Assembly: GCA_052034115.1 (NCBI GenBank)
Contig: JBPOIZ010000005.1
Location: forward strand, 12,883 to 76,882
Length of the DNA stretch: 64,000 bases
Direction: 5' to 3'
DNA from: Actinomycetota bacterium
Lineage (GTDB): Bacteria; Actinomycetota; Actinomycetes; Actinomycetales; Dermatophilaceae
The translations under genes and the position numbers were made by a program. Position 1 is the stretch's first letter. Each line of letters starts with the position of its first letter. The notes under the pieces were generated by a model that did no database searches, had not been told where the DNA came from, and was given only the letters and a program-made list of their open reading frames with translations. Shown here piece by piece: positions 9,597 to 18,595 of the stretch.

Positions 9597-11180
9597 GTGA
9601 ACCCTGCCACCGCCCGGCGGCTGGCCGCCGTCTCGCTGCCCGTGGTGGGGGCCACCGCTCTGACCGCCGTTCCCGCCCATGCTGTGGACGGTCCTCCACT
9701 GCCCGGAGTCAGGCTGCCCACGGCGATGGACGTGGCAGTGCCCTACCAGGGAATGACGTTCTGCGATCCCACCGCCCGTCCAGGTGTGGTGGCATTCGCC
9801 CAGCTCTTCTCGACCCACTACGGCATGGGTTCGGCAGGTGGCATCACCCGGGCCTGCGGCAATGGCATCACCGAGCACTCGGACGGTCGGGCGTGGGACT
9901 GGATGCTCCATGTCAACAACCCCAAGCAGAAGGCCGTCGCCGACTCGGTGCTGGCCTGGCTGACCGGTCCGGACTCCGCCGGCGTCCCAGGCGGCGTGGC
10001 GCGCCGGTTCGGCATCATGTACATCATCTGGAACAACCGGCAGTGGCGGGCCTACGACACCGCGCGCGGTTGGGCGCCGTATCACGGGGACTCGCCGCAC
10101 ACCGACCACATCCACTTCTCGTTCACCTGGAACGGCGCGATGAAGCGGACCTCGTGGTGGACCGGCTCCGCCGCGACCACGGTCCTCACCGGTCCGGTCA
10201 CCGGCCCGGCACCGAGGCCTGGGCCGATCGTCGCGCTGACCTACGGCATGGAGTCCGATGCCGTCAAGGCGCTGCAGCGCGCGCTCGGCGGACTCCCGGT
10301 GACCGGATGGTTCGGTCCGATGACGCAGACTGCCGTCCAGTCCCATCAGCGGCGCCATGGTCTGCCGGTGACCGGCGTCGCAGACCGGGTGACCCTGGCG
10401 ACGCTCGGCCTGAGCCTGTCGACAAGGGGCACGGCCACCGCCGTTGCGCTCCCCTCCAAACCGTCCCCGGATGACCTGACGTTCGGTATGACGTCGCCCT
10501 CGGTCAAGGTCCTGCAGAAGCGCCTCGGCGGGCTGCCCCTCACGGGCTACTTCGGGCCGATGACGCGGGACCGGGTCATGGCCTTCCAAAGGGAACACCA
10601 CCTGGCCGAGACAGGGGTGGCGGATCTGGCCACTCGGAAGGCGCTCAACCTGGTGGCGACCCCGAGCACGCCGACCGCCCTACCGGTGAGCAGATGTGCC
10701 CCGACCGCAGCCGCGATCGCCGCGGCCCGCACGGTGACCCAGGCCACCCGATACACGGCATACCTGCAGGTCCAGTTGAGCCGCGGCTGTCGCGGTGATG
10801 CGGTGCGCATCGTCCAGCGGTCGTTGGGCGGTCTGGCGGTCGACGGCGATTTCGGGCCGCTGACCGAGGCCGCCGTGCGCAGCTACCAACGATCCGCGGG
10901 GCTGAGGGTGACCGGCGTCGTCGACCAGGGCATGTGGCGGTCGCTGGAGAAGCGGGCCTATCCGTTCCTGCAGTTCCGGTCCCAGGCCATTAAGGTCGGG
11001 AGCACGGGTGCTGCCGTCGTCGCGGTGCAGAAGGTGCTCGGCGTGTCCCAGACCGGCTACTTCGGCACCCGCACCGACGCGGCGGTCCGGGCCTTCCAGA
11101 AGGCGATGTCGCTGGCTCGGACCGGCGTGGTGGCAGCTCCGACGTGGGAAGCGCTCGACCGCAGGTTCGGTCGTTACTGA
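9597..11180 (+). CDS. Secreted peptidoglycan-binding protein: LAS/M15-like zinc-hydrolase motif domain plus four PG_binding_1 repeats
   Basis: ORF 9546..11180, with the start placed at GTG 9597 (GAAGGAG 6 nt upstream) followed by a signal peptide (ALTAVPAHA). It carries the motifs EHSDGRAWD and HTDHIHFS. Four repeats are present (LQRALGGLPVTGWFGPMT, LQKRLGGLPLTGYFGPMT, VQRSLGGLAVDGDFGPLT, VQKVLGVSQTGYFGTRT). Confidence 0.8.
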   Translation: MNPATARRLAAVSLPVVGATALTAVPAHAVDGPPLPGVRLPTAMDVAVPYQGMTFCDPTARPGVVAFAQLFSTHYGMGSAGGITRACGNGITEHSDGRAWDWMLHVNNPKQKAVADSVLAWLTGPDSAGVPGGVARRFGIMYIIWNNRQWRAYDTARGWAPYHGDSPHTDHIHFSFTWNGAMKRTSWWTGSAATTVLTGPVTGPAPRPGPIVALTYGMESDAVKALQRALGGLPVTGWFGPMTQTAVQSHQRRHGLPVTGVADRVTLATLGLSLSTRGTATAVALPSKPSPDDLTFGMTSPSVKVLQKRLGGLPLTGYFGPMTRDRVMAFQREHHLAETGVADLATRKALNLVATPSTPTALPVSRCAPTAAAIAAARTVTQATRYTAYLQVQLSRGCRGDAVRIVQRSLGGLAVDGDFGPLTEAAVRSYQRSAGLRVTGVVDQGMWRSLEKRAYPFLQFRSQAIKVGSTGAAVVAVQKVLGVSQTGYFGTRTDAAVRAFQKAMSLARTGVVAAPTWEALDRRFGRY

Positions 11181-11896
11181 GGCCCTGGCACCCGGTCGTC
11201 GGTCCGTTCGACTGCGGCGATCCGCTCCAGGGCTGCCACCTCGTCGTCGGCACCCTCCAGCCCTCCGACCAGGACCACCGAACCGCCGGCGGACCATACC
11301 CGTAGACAGGTGAGCAACGCTGCTGCCGTCTGGTCGTCGCGGTGGGCCACGAGCACCCTCCCCCCGCGCCGCGGTGCCACCAGGCCCGCATACGTCGTGG
11401 GCCCGTCGTCGGCGACCAAGGCCAGATCCGCCGGACCCGGGACCGCCGTGGCGACATAGCGGTCCGGGAAGGTGCCCACCATGGCGGCCTCGTCCAGCAC
11501 GCCGGGCGGGGTGCCGCCCGGGTGCGATCTGGCCAGTGCGGGCAGGGTGACCAGGATGGTCGTGCCGGCGGGGCGCCCCGCCGCTGCGGTGGCCGCGTTG
11601 GTGACCAGGACGTCCGGGGACGCCGGATCGGTGACGTCGACGCTGGCCCCGACCGCCCACGCGGCGAGCCCCCAGTAGGTCGCCCGCCAGTGCACCGGCA
11701 AAGCCAGGGCCAGGGTGTCGCCCGGCCCCAACGCCGCCTCGTCCTCGAGCAGACCGGCGGCCTTGCTCGCCCACATGTGGAGCACGCGTCCGGACAGCTC
11801 GAGGCGCTCGCCGGTCTTGAGGTCGTACCACGTCAGTCGGGGAGCGGTGGGGTCGGTGCGCCAGAGGTGGCCCATTTCGGTGAATGGCGTCGACAC
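11174..11896 (-). CDS. Conserved actinobacterial protein, TIGR03089-like (degenerate acyl-AMP-ligase-like)
   Basis: 240 aa. DPTAPRLTWYDLKTGERLELSGRVLHMWASKAAGLLEDE matches my recollection of the TIGR03089 family. The start is GTG 11896 or ATG 11875. The 3' end overlaps the convergent gene by 7 nt. Confidence 0.7.
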   Translation of the reverse strand: MSTPFTEMGHLWRTDPTAPRLTWYDLKTGERLELSGRVLHMWASKAAGLLEDEAALGPGDTLALALPVHWRATYWGLAAWAVGASVDVTDPASPDVLVTNAATAAAGRPAGTTILVTLPALARSHPGGTPPGVLDEAAMVGTFPDRYVATAVPGPADLALVADDGPTTYAGLVAPRRGGRVLVAHRDDQTAAALLTCLRVWSAGGSVVLVGGLEGADDEVAALERIAAVERTDDRVPGPQ

Positions 11897-11907
11897 GGGG
11901 CCACCCT

Positions 11908-12846
11908 ATGTCGGTGCGGTGGGTGACACTGTCCCGCATGGACACCGAAGCCGTGCGGGTATGGCGCGCCGGCCGACCGGTGCCCCTCGGTGTCCAGCTG
12001 TCCACCTTCCGGCGCGGCGCGGGGGATCCCACACACGCCGTCGATCCCGACGGCGCGTGGTGGCGCGCGAGCCGCACTCCAGAGGGCCCCGCGGCCGTCC
12101 ACCTGCGGGCGGTGGGGGAGCGTGTCGAGGCCCGTGCGTGGGGCAGCGGTGCGACTTGGCTTCTCGAGAGCCTTCCCGATCTGCTCGGCGACAGCGACCG
12201 AGGCGGCGCCTTCGAGCCGCGCCACCCGGCCCTCGTCGAGGCCGTCAAGCGCTTCCGACACTGGCGGGTCCCTCGGTCTCGGCTCGTGATCGACGCACTG
12301 GTTCCGGCGATCATCGAGCAGAAGGTCACCGGCAAGGAGGCCTTCGCGGGATACCGCGCGTTGGTGCGCCGATTCGGTGAGCCGGCTCCTGGCCCGCGTC
12401 CTGGCTTGTTCGTCCCGCCGGCGCCGCACACCTGGGCGGCCATCCCGTCGTGGGCCTGGCTGCGCGCAGGGTTGGAGCCGAGCCGGACCAGCACGGTTCG
12501 CGGGGCGGTCTTGCGGGCCGGGCGGCTGGAGGCCCTAAGCGACCAGCCGACCGAGCAGGCCCGGACCGCCCTCCAGACCCTCCCGGGCATCGGCGTGTGG
12601 ACGAGCGCGGAGGTGGCCCAGCGTGCCCTCGGGGACGCCGATGCGGTGAGTGTGGGCGACTACCACGTGGCCCGCAACGTCGGCTGGGCTCTGGTCGGGG
12701 AGATCGTCGACGACGAGCGGATGCTGGAGATCCTCGAGCCGTATGTCGGGCACCGGTATCGGGTGCAGCGCCTGCTCGAGCTCGCCGGACATGCCGCACC
12801 ACGGCGTGGGCCCCGACGGTCGCTGCCGACGCACCTGCCTCGGTGA
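11908..12846 (+). CDS. DNA-3-methyladenine glycosylase 2 family protein (AlkA-like, HhH-GPD)
   Basis: ORF 11884..12846 has a helix-hairpin-helix/GPD region (LQTLPGIGVWTSAEVAQRALGDADAVSVGDYHVARNVGWAL). The start is ambiguous (ATG 11884, 11908 or 11938). Confidence 0.8.
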   Translation: MSVRWVTLSRMDTEAVRVWRAGRPVPLGVQLSTFRRGAGDPTHAVDPDGAWWRASRTPEGPAAVHLRAVGERVEARAWGSGATWLLESLPDLLGDSDRGGAFEPRHPALVEAVKRFRHWRVPRSRLVIDALVPAIIEQKVTGKEAFAGYRALVRRFGEPAPGPRPGLFVPPAPHTWAAIPSWAWLRAGLEPSRTSTVRGAVLRAGRLEALSDQPTEQARTALQTLPGIGVWTSAEVAQRALGDADAVSVGDYHVARNVGWALVGEIVDDERMLEILEPYVGHRYRVQRLLELAGHAAPRRGPRRSLPTHLPR

Positions 12847-12847
12847 C

Positions 12848-13873
12848 CTAGAGCTGCAGGTGGATCCGGACCCGGTTGTTCTCCCGGACGATCCGGTGCT
12901 GGATTCCCTCACCGTTGAGGGCCACGTCGAGCCGCGCCGCCAGCATCCCGACGCTGAGGGCATCGGCCCCGCTCGCCTCGATGACGTCCTCGGCCACGCT
13001 GACGTCGGCCCCCACGACCGACCGGACGGCGACCGCAACGGCGCGCGTCACCCGGGTCCGAGCCGGTTCGGGGCCACTCGCCCGGATGCCGCAGGCCTGC
13101 GCCGCGGGGCTGCCTGGGGCCACTCCCAGCGCGGCCCGGACGGCCTCCTGTGTGCCGAGGGCGAACCAGTCGGCCTCGCCGTCGCGCACCAGGCTGCGCG
13201 CGCCAGGGGTGTCCGCACCGACATACCGGTCCAGGCCACGCACGAGGGCGGCCGGGATCCGCTCCGCCTTCCCCTTGACCAAGTCCGCGGCGGCAGCCAC
13301 CTCATCGGCAAGGCAGCGGGCCGTCACCGACAGGATGCGACCATCCGCGTCGGGCGTGCCCCGCAGGTCCTCCAGCACGAGGAGGCCGGCGGCGCCCAGG
13401 GCGAGGTCGATCTGGCCGGCCCGCCAGGGGCGACCGGCGGTGTCGGTGACGACGACGCCAACCCGCCGCAGCCCGGTGCGAGCGATGACGCCGGACCGCA
13501 GCGAGGCCGCGACCGCGTCCGGGTCGGTCGGCAAGGTGAGCAGGACGTCCCCGCCGGTGTTCGAGGCGTCTACGCCGGCCGCCGCCATCACCGGCCCGGA
13601 CACCGAGCGAACCACCTGGGTCAGCCGGCCCGCGACGTCGCGCTCGGCCACCACCTGCACCGTGTGGTCGGCAACGACAGCGTCTCGCGCCGCGGTCCTC
13701 GCGACGAGGGCGAGCGCTTTGGAGACGACCTTGCTCGAGATGACGAGGACGTCGCCGTCGGTCAGCTGCTCGCCGGCCGCGGCCACGGCGGCCAGGAGCA
13801 GGTCGACCAGGTCGTCGCCGGGCACCACCTCGGGTATGCCGGTCAGCCCGACGACGCTCAGCCGCGCAGTCAC
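12848..13873 (-). CDS. fbiB: Coenzyme F420-0:L-glutamate ligase (CofE/FbiB N-terminal domain), without a recognisable C-terminal nitroreductase domain
   Basis: 341 aa. It has CofE-like sequence (GDVLVISSKVVSKA ... AAGVDASN ... VVVTDTAGRPWRAGQIDLALG ... DADGRILSVT ... ADEVAAAADLVKGKAERIPAALVRGL). It overlaps fbiA by 4 nt (13870-13873). Confidence 0.85.
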   Translation of the reverse strand: MTARLSVVGLTGIPEVVPGDDLVDLLLAAVAAAGEQLTDGDVLVISSKVVSKALALVARTAARDAVVADHTVQVVAERDVAGRLTQVVRSVSGPVMAAAGVDASNTGGDVLLTLPTDPDAVAASLRSGVIARTGLRRVGVVVTDTAGRPWRAGQIDLALGAAGLLVLEDLRGTPDADGRILSVTARCLADEVAAAADLVKGKAERIPAALVRGLDRYVGADTPGARSLVRDGEADWFALGTQEAVRAALGVAPGSPAAQACGIRASGPEPARTRVTRAVAVAVRSVVGADVSVAEDVIEASGADALSVGMLAARLDVALNGEGIQHRIVRENNRVRIHLQL

Positions 13874-14850
13874 CTCGCGGCCTGCAGGTCACGGCCCAGT
13901 TCGAGCGCGGCGGCCCCGAGGTGGGTCGCGGCGGGGAGGTCGGTCATGAGCAGCGGGGTCGAGCGCACCGTGAGGGACTCGGCATACCCGGTGCCGTCCG
14001 CGGGCAGATCGCCGGGGGCCACCAACCACCCGTCGAGGAAGTCCGCGTAGAGACCGGCGACGGCCTGCGGCGTCGCCGGCAGGCCGAGCGCCGCCAGGCA
14101 GGCGTCGGCATACCCACGGACCGGGCGGCCACCGACGATCGGGCTGACCCCCACGACCGGGGCTCCGGCGTCGCGCAGCGCCTCCCGGATGCCGGGAACT
14201 CCGAGGATCACCCCCACCGAGACGACGGGGTTGCTGGGCGGAAGGACGAGCAGGTCCGCCTGGGTGATCGCGTCCAGCACCCCGGGCGCGGGCTGCGCCC
14301 GGTCGATCCCGACGACGACGAAGCGTTGCGCGGGCACCTCGGCGTGCCGCCGCACCCACCACTCCTGGAAGTGCACGGCTCGAGGCCCTTCACCCTCGTC
14401 GATGACCACGTGCGTCTCCACGGGGGAATCGGTCATCGGCAGCACGGTGATGCCGCGGCCGGGCAGCCCCCAGCGGGCGGCCAGGCGGGCCGTGACCTCG
14501 GACAACGTCCAGCCTTGGCCCAGCCACAGCGAGCGGGCGACATGCGTGCCCAGATCCAGGTCGCCGAGCCGGAACCAGTCGGGGGCAACGCCATACGCGC
14601 TCAGCTCGCCTTGGGTGGCGTAGCTCTCCTCGGCGCGTCCCCAGCCTTGGCCTTCGTGGACGGCGCCGCCGAGGGTGTAGAGCAACGTGTCGAGATCAGG
14701 GCAGACCCGCAGGCCGTACAAGGTGATGTCGTCACCGGTGTTCCCGATGACAGTGATCGAGTGGTCACCGGGGCTCTGGGTCAGGGCTGCGGCGAGGCCA
14801 CGGATGAACCTCGCCCCGCCGACTCCTCCGGCCAGCAGGGTGACGTTCAT
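13870..14850 (-). CDS. fbiA: 2-phospho-L-lactate (EPPG) transferase, F420 biosynthesis
   Basis: 326 aa. The N-terminus MNVTLLAGGVGGARFIRGL and overall CofD-like sequence fit. It is adjacent to fbiB and divergent from whiB2, as in Mtb Rv3260c-Rv3262. Confidence 0.92.
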   Translation of the reverse strand: MNVTLLAGGVGGARFIRGLAAALTQSPGDHSITVIGNTGDDITLYGLRVCPDLDTLLYTLGGAVHEGQGWGRAEESYATQGELSAYGVAPDWFRLGDLDLGTHVARSLWLGQGWTLSEVTARLAARWGLPGRGITVLPMTDSPVETHVVIDEGEGPRAVHFQEWWVRRHAEVPAQRFVVVGIDRAQPAPGVLDAITQADLLVLPPSNPVVSVGVILGVPGIREALRDAGAPVVGVSPIVGGRPVRGYADACLAALGLPATPQAVAGLYADFLDGWLVAPGDLPADGTGYAESLTVRSTPLLMTDLPAATHLGAAALELGRDLQAAR

Positions 14851-14952
14851 GGGGCCTCCGGTCGCGGGTCGGGTGATGGCCGCGGGAGCTCGACCACCGT
14901 CCCCGCGTCTCTAGCACGTTCGCGGCATCGGCTGCAAATAGCAGATCACGGC

Positions 14953-14982
14953 TTGACGAACCGGGTATGACACGCGTGTAAT
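14953..14982 (+). promoter_or_regulatory. Candidate sigma-A-type promoter for whiB2 (TTGACG - 18 nt - TGTAAT)
   Basis: TTGACG at 14953-14958 and TGTAAT at 14977-14982, inside an unusually AT-rich patch (gtgtaattccactattgttctttcgg) of the 246-nt fbiA/whiB2 divergent spacer. Pattern match only. Confidence 0.3.
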
Positions 14983-15096
14983 TCCACTATTGTTCTTTCG
15001 GTCCCCTCGGGGATCCGACACACAGGTCCCACCTTGATCACGACAGCGGACCTGAGGACGAGCCGAGCTAGCAGCCCAAGCGTCAGGAGGAGAGTC

Positions 15097-15360
15097 GTGC
15101 ACGAGCTGCAGCTGATCATCACGGACGTCAGTCCCGGGGGGGAGCTGTCGTGGCAGGAACGTTCGCTGTGCGCCCAGACCGACCCGGAGGCCTTCTTCCC
15201 CGAGAAGGGTGGCTCCACCCGCGAGGCCAAGAAGGTCTGCCTGTCCTGCGAGGTGAGGTCCGAATGCCTCGAGTACGCCCTAGGCAACGACGAACGCTTC
15301 GGCATCTGGGGCGGTCTGTCCGAGCGCGAACGACGCAAGCTGAAGAAGCGCGCCGTCTGA
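15097..15360 (+). CDS. whiB2: WhiB-family Fe-S transcription factor, WhiB2/WhmD/WhiB type
   Basis: ORF 15034..15360, with the start placed at GTG 15097 (AGGAGGAG upstream). WQERSLCAQTDPEAFFPEKGGSTREAKKVCLSCEVRSECLEYALGNDERFGIWGGLSERERRKLKK is near-identical in pattern to Mtb WhiB2. It keeps the conserved position next to fbiA. Confidence 0.93.
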   Translation: MHELQLIITDVSPGGELSWQERSLCAQTDPEAFFPEKGGSTREAKKVCLSCEVRSECLEYALGNDERFGIWGGLSERERRKLKKRAV

Positions 15361-15391
15361 CGCGTCGGCGCCCGCCGCGCCGCGAGATCCC

Positions 15392-18300
15392 GTGACTGTC
15401 TCCGAAGCCCCCGCCCCCAGCGTCAGCGCTGTCCTCGTGGTGCGCGACGGGGCCCGGTGGCTCCCGGAGACCCTGGACGCCGTCGCCGGGCAGACCCGGC
15501 CACCGGACCGTCTCCTCATCGTCGACCTGGCCTCCACGGATGGCTCGCGCGACATCGCCGCGGACCACGTGGGGATCCGCCGGGCTGTCGGCCTGGTGGA
15601 GGTGCGCCACGTCGCAGCGGCCCCGCGGTATGCCGCCGCCGTCGCCGACGCACTGCGCGACCCCGCCATGGCACCTGCGTGCGAGGACGGCGCCGCCGAG
15701 TGGGTCTGGCTGCTTCACGACGACGGGGCGCCGGACCCAGACTGCCTGGCCCGGCTGCTCACCGCCGTCGGCCGATCGCCTTCGGTCGGGGTGGCCGGCC
15801 CGAAGATCGTCCGCTGGGAGGACCCCCGAACGCTGGTCGAGGTCGGCGTCCAGCTGACTCGCGCCGGGCGCCGGATCTCCTCGCCGCATCCGGGTGAACG
15901 CGATCAGGGGCAGTATGACGCGCGCGCCGACGTCATCGCCGTCGCGACGAACGGCATGCTGGTGCGCCGGGATGTCTACGACGAGCTCGGCGGGCTCGAT
16001 GCGGGCTTCGGCCCGCTCGGTGTCGATGTGGACTTCGGGTGGCGCGCCCAACTCGACGGGCATCGAGTCGTCGTGGTCCCATCCGCCCGGATGCGCGAGG
16101 CGTCCGCCTCGGCCACCGGTGACCGCGAGGGTGCCCCGTCGTTGCGTGGGTCGGAGCGGGCTCGGCGCGTCGCGGCCCGACGGGTAGCGTTGGCCCGCTG
16201 CTCCTGGTGGACGATGCCTCTGCTCGGCGTGTGGATCGCCATCAGCTCGGTCGTCGGGTTCTCGGCCCTCCTGCTCCTCAAACGCCCCCGGCATGCGTGG
16301 GCCGAGCTCGGCGACCTCGTGGCACTCGCGGCCCCAGCCCGGATCCTGCGGTCCAGATGGCAGGCCCGTCGCCTGCGCCAGGTCTCGCCACGGCACCTTC
16401 ATGGCCTGTTCGTCAGCACTGGCGCGGCCATTCGCCAGACCTGGGACGCCGTCCAGGAGGCTCTCACCCCGTCGTGGACCGCGGAACGACGGGCCAGTGC
16501 GGCCCAGCTCCGTCCGGTGGAGAGCGGGCCGGTGGCCGAAGAGGCCGAGGACCTGCACGTGCTGCCGGCCTCGCTGCCGCGGCGCGTGCTGACCAACCCC
16601 GGCGTCCTGGTGACCCTGGCGGCCGCCGCCGCATCGGCAGTGCTCTGGCGGGTGGCCATCGCCGACGGTGCCTTCGGGCCGACAGGTCGAGGCATGGCCG
16701 GCGGTGAGCTCTTCGCGGTCACCACGAACTCTGCGGGGCTCTGGCAGAGCGCCCAGGACAGCTGGCACGGTGCAGGGCTTGGTGGCCCGGGCGCTGCACG
16801 TCCCTTCCTGGGGTTGTTGGCGGGCCTGACCTGGCTGGCGGAGTGGGTCCCCGGCGTCGGCACCGGCCGATCTCCGGCGGCGGTCACCATTGCCTGGACG
16901 CTCCTGCTCGCCATACCCGCGGCGGCTGTGGTCGCCTACCTCGCCGGGCGGGTGGCGACCACTCGCCGTTGGCCGCGCGCCCTCATCGCCTTGCTGTGGG
17001 CCGGCGCCCCGGTCGGGCTGGTGGCGCTTTCTCAAGGCCGAGTGGCGGCGGTGCTCGCCCACGTCCTGCTCCCAGCTGTTGTGGCCGGGTTCGTGCGGGT
17101 CTGCGAGCGGTCGGCCACTGCGACCGCGACCTTCGCGACCGCCTTGGGGATCGGGTTGATCGGTGCCTGCGTCCCGATCTATCTGGCCGTCGGCGCGCTC
17201 GCCGCCCTCGTGCTGCTCGCCGTCGGCCCCGGGGCTGGCCGCCGCTGGCGTGCGCTGGTCCTGCTCGTCGTGCCGACCGCTCTCATGGGGCCGTGGGTCC
17301 GCCAGGTCTGGGAGGACCCGGCGGCCCTGCTCGGCGCGCCCGGATTGCTCCAGGCGACGGGCTGGGGACAACCCGGCACGCATTGGGCCCTGGCTCTGGC
17401 TCGCCTGGAGCTGCCGACGACGGTTTTCCCCTACCTGCTCGTGCCGCTCGCCGTGCCGGTGGTGGCGGCGCTGGTCTGGCCCCGCCGTGGCCGGGCGTCG
17501 GCGATGGCCACGACGGGGATGGGGCTGCTGGCTTCGCTCGGTCTCGGCCTGGCCGCAATGGCCCCGTTGGTGCGTGTCGGCGACCTGCGCACCGCCGATG
17601 GGACGATGACCCCGGCGTCGAGCTGGGCGGGCATCGGGCTGGAGGTCTACACCGTCGCGGTGGCCGGTCTTGCCCTGGTCGGACTGAGTGTGTGGAGCAG
17701 CCACGTGGGCGGGCGCCCAGCCGTTCGGGCATCGCTGCGGGCCGGGTCCGTCGTGGTGGGCCTCTGCGTCGCTGCGGCGACGGCCGGCGGGGTGTGGATG
17801 CACGATGTTCAACCGCGACCGGTGGGGGCCGATGCCGTGCCCGCCGTCGCCACCGAGTCCGCGAACGGTCCGACCGGCAGCCGGCTGCTCACCGTGACGC
17901 TGAGTGCCGACGCGGTCGTCTACCGACTCGAGGGCCGAGAGCCCGCTGCCCTTCAGCGGGGTCTGGTGGAACCCCAAACGGCGCCGGACCCGGTTGTCGA
18001 GGCGTTGGTTCGCCGCATCGTCGGTCCCGGCTCGGCCGGCGCCGACCTGTCCGCTGGATTGGCACAGGAGGGGATCACCTTCGTCGGGGTCAGTGGCGAA
18101 GGCGACGCAGAGATCGCCCGCCGACTCGATGCCACCGAGGGGCTGGCCCGACTCGGGGCAACCACCGGGCAGGTGCTGTGGCGGGTCGCCGCCGGACCGG
18201 CAGCCGACGACCCGACCCGGTCGGTGCCCCCGGCGCGATTGCTGCTGACGGATGCCGACGGCGGGGTCCAGGCTGACGTGCCGATGCAGGGGGCGCACAG

Positions 18301-18595
18301 CTCGACGTCGGTGCAGCTGCCCGCCTCGGCCGGTGAGCGTCGACTTCGCGTCGCCGAATCCTTGGGGTGGGCGCAGCACGCGGTCGTGGCCGCCGACGGG
18401 CGCACCTTGACCGCTGTGCCGGTCGGCGACCGGCCGACCTATCGGCTGCCCACGGGTGCCTTCCGGCTGGACGTCTCGGTCCCTCCCGCGGACCCGTGGT
18501 GGCTGCGTTCGCAACTGGCGCTGCTCGGCGTGGTGGTCTTTCTCGCCGTCCCGTTCGGATCGCGGCGGTCCCGACTGCGGGGGTTCGTGGGATGA
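15392..18595 (+). CDS. Large glycosyltransferase family 2 protein fused to a polytopic membrane domain
   Basis: 1067 aa. The N-terminal ~300 aa form a GT2 (GT-A) domain (VSAVLVVRDGARWLPETLDAVAGQTRPPDRLLIVDLASTDGS ... WLLHDDGAPDPD). The remaining ~750 aa contain many hydrophobic helices. Confidence 0.85.
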   Translation: MTVSEAPAPSVSAVLVVRDGARWLPETLDAVAGQTRPPDRLLIVDLASTDGSRDIAADHVGIRRAVGLVEVRHVAAAPRYAAAVADALRDPAMAPACEDGAAEWVWLLHDDGAPDPDCLARLLTAVGRSPSVGVAGPKIVRWEDPRTLVEVGVQLTRAGRRISSPHPGERDQGQYDARADVIAVATNGMLVRRDVYDELGGLDAGFGPLGVDVDFGWRAQLDGHRVVVVPSARMREASASATGDREGAPSLRGSERARRVAARRVALARCSWWTMPLLGVWIAISSVVGFSALLLLKRPRHAWAELGDLVALAAPARILRSRWQARRLRQVSPRHLHGLFVSTGAAIRQTWDAVQEALTPSWTAERRASAAQLRPVESGPVAEEAEDLHVLPASLPRRVLTNPGVLVTLAAAAASAVLWRVAIADGAFGPTGRGMAGGELFAVTTNSAGLWQSAQDSWHGAGLGGPGAARPFLGLLAGLTWLAEWVPGVGTGRSPAAVTIAWTLLLAIPAAAVVAYLAGRVATTRRWPRALIALLWAGAPVGLVALSQGRVAAVLAHVLLPAVVAGFVRVCERSATATATFATALGIGLIGACVPIYLAVGALAALVLLAVGPGAGRRWRALVLLVVPTALMGPWVRQVWEDPAALLGAPGLLQATGWGQPGTHWALALARLELPTTVFPYLLVPLAVPVVAALVWPRRGRASAMATTGMGLLASLGLGLAAMAPLVRVGDLRTADGTMTPASSWAGIGLEVYTVAVAGLALVGLSVWSSHVGGRPAVRASLRAGSVVVGLCVAAATAGGVWMHDVQPRPVGADAVPAVATESANGPTGSRLLTVTLSADAVVYRLEGREPAALQRGLVEPQTAPDPVVEALVRRIVGPGSAGADLSAGLAQEGITFVGVSGEGDAEIARRLDATEGLARLGATTGQVLWRVAAGPAADDPTRSVPPARLLLTDADGGVQADVPMQGAHSSTSVQLPASAGERRLRVAESLGWAQHAVVAADGRTLTAVPVGDRPTYRLPTGAFRLDVSVPPADPWWLRSQLALLGVVVFLAVPFGSRRSRLRGFVG

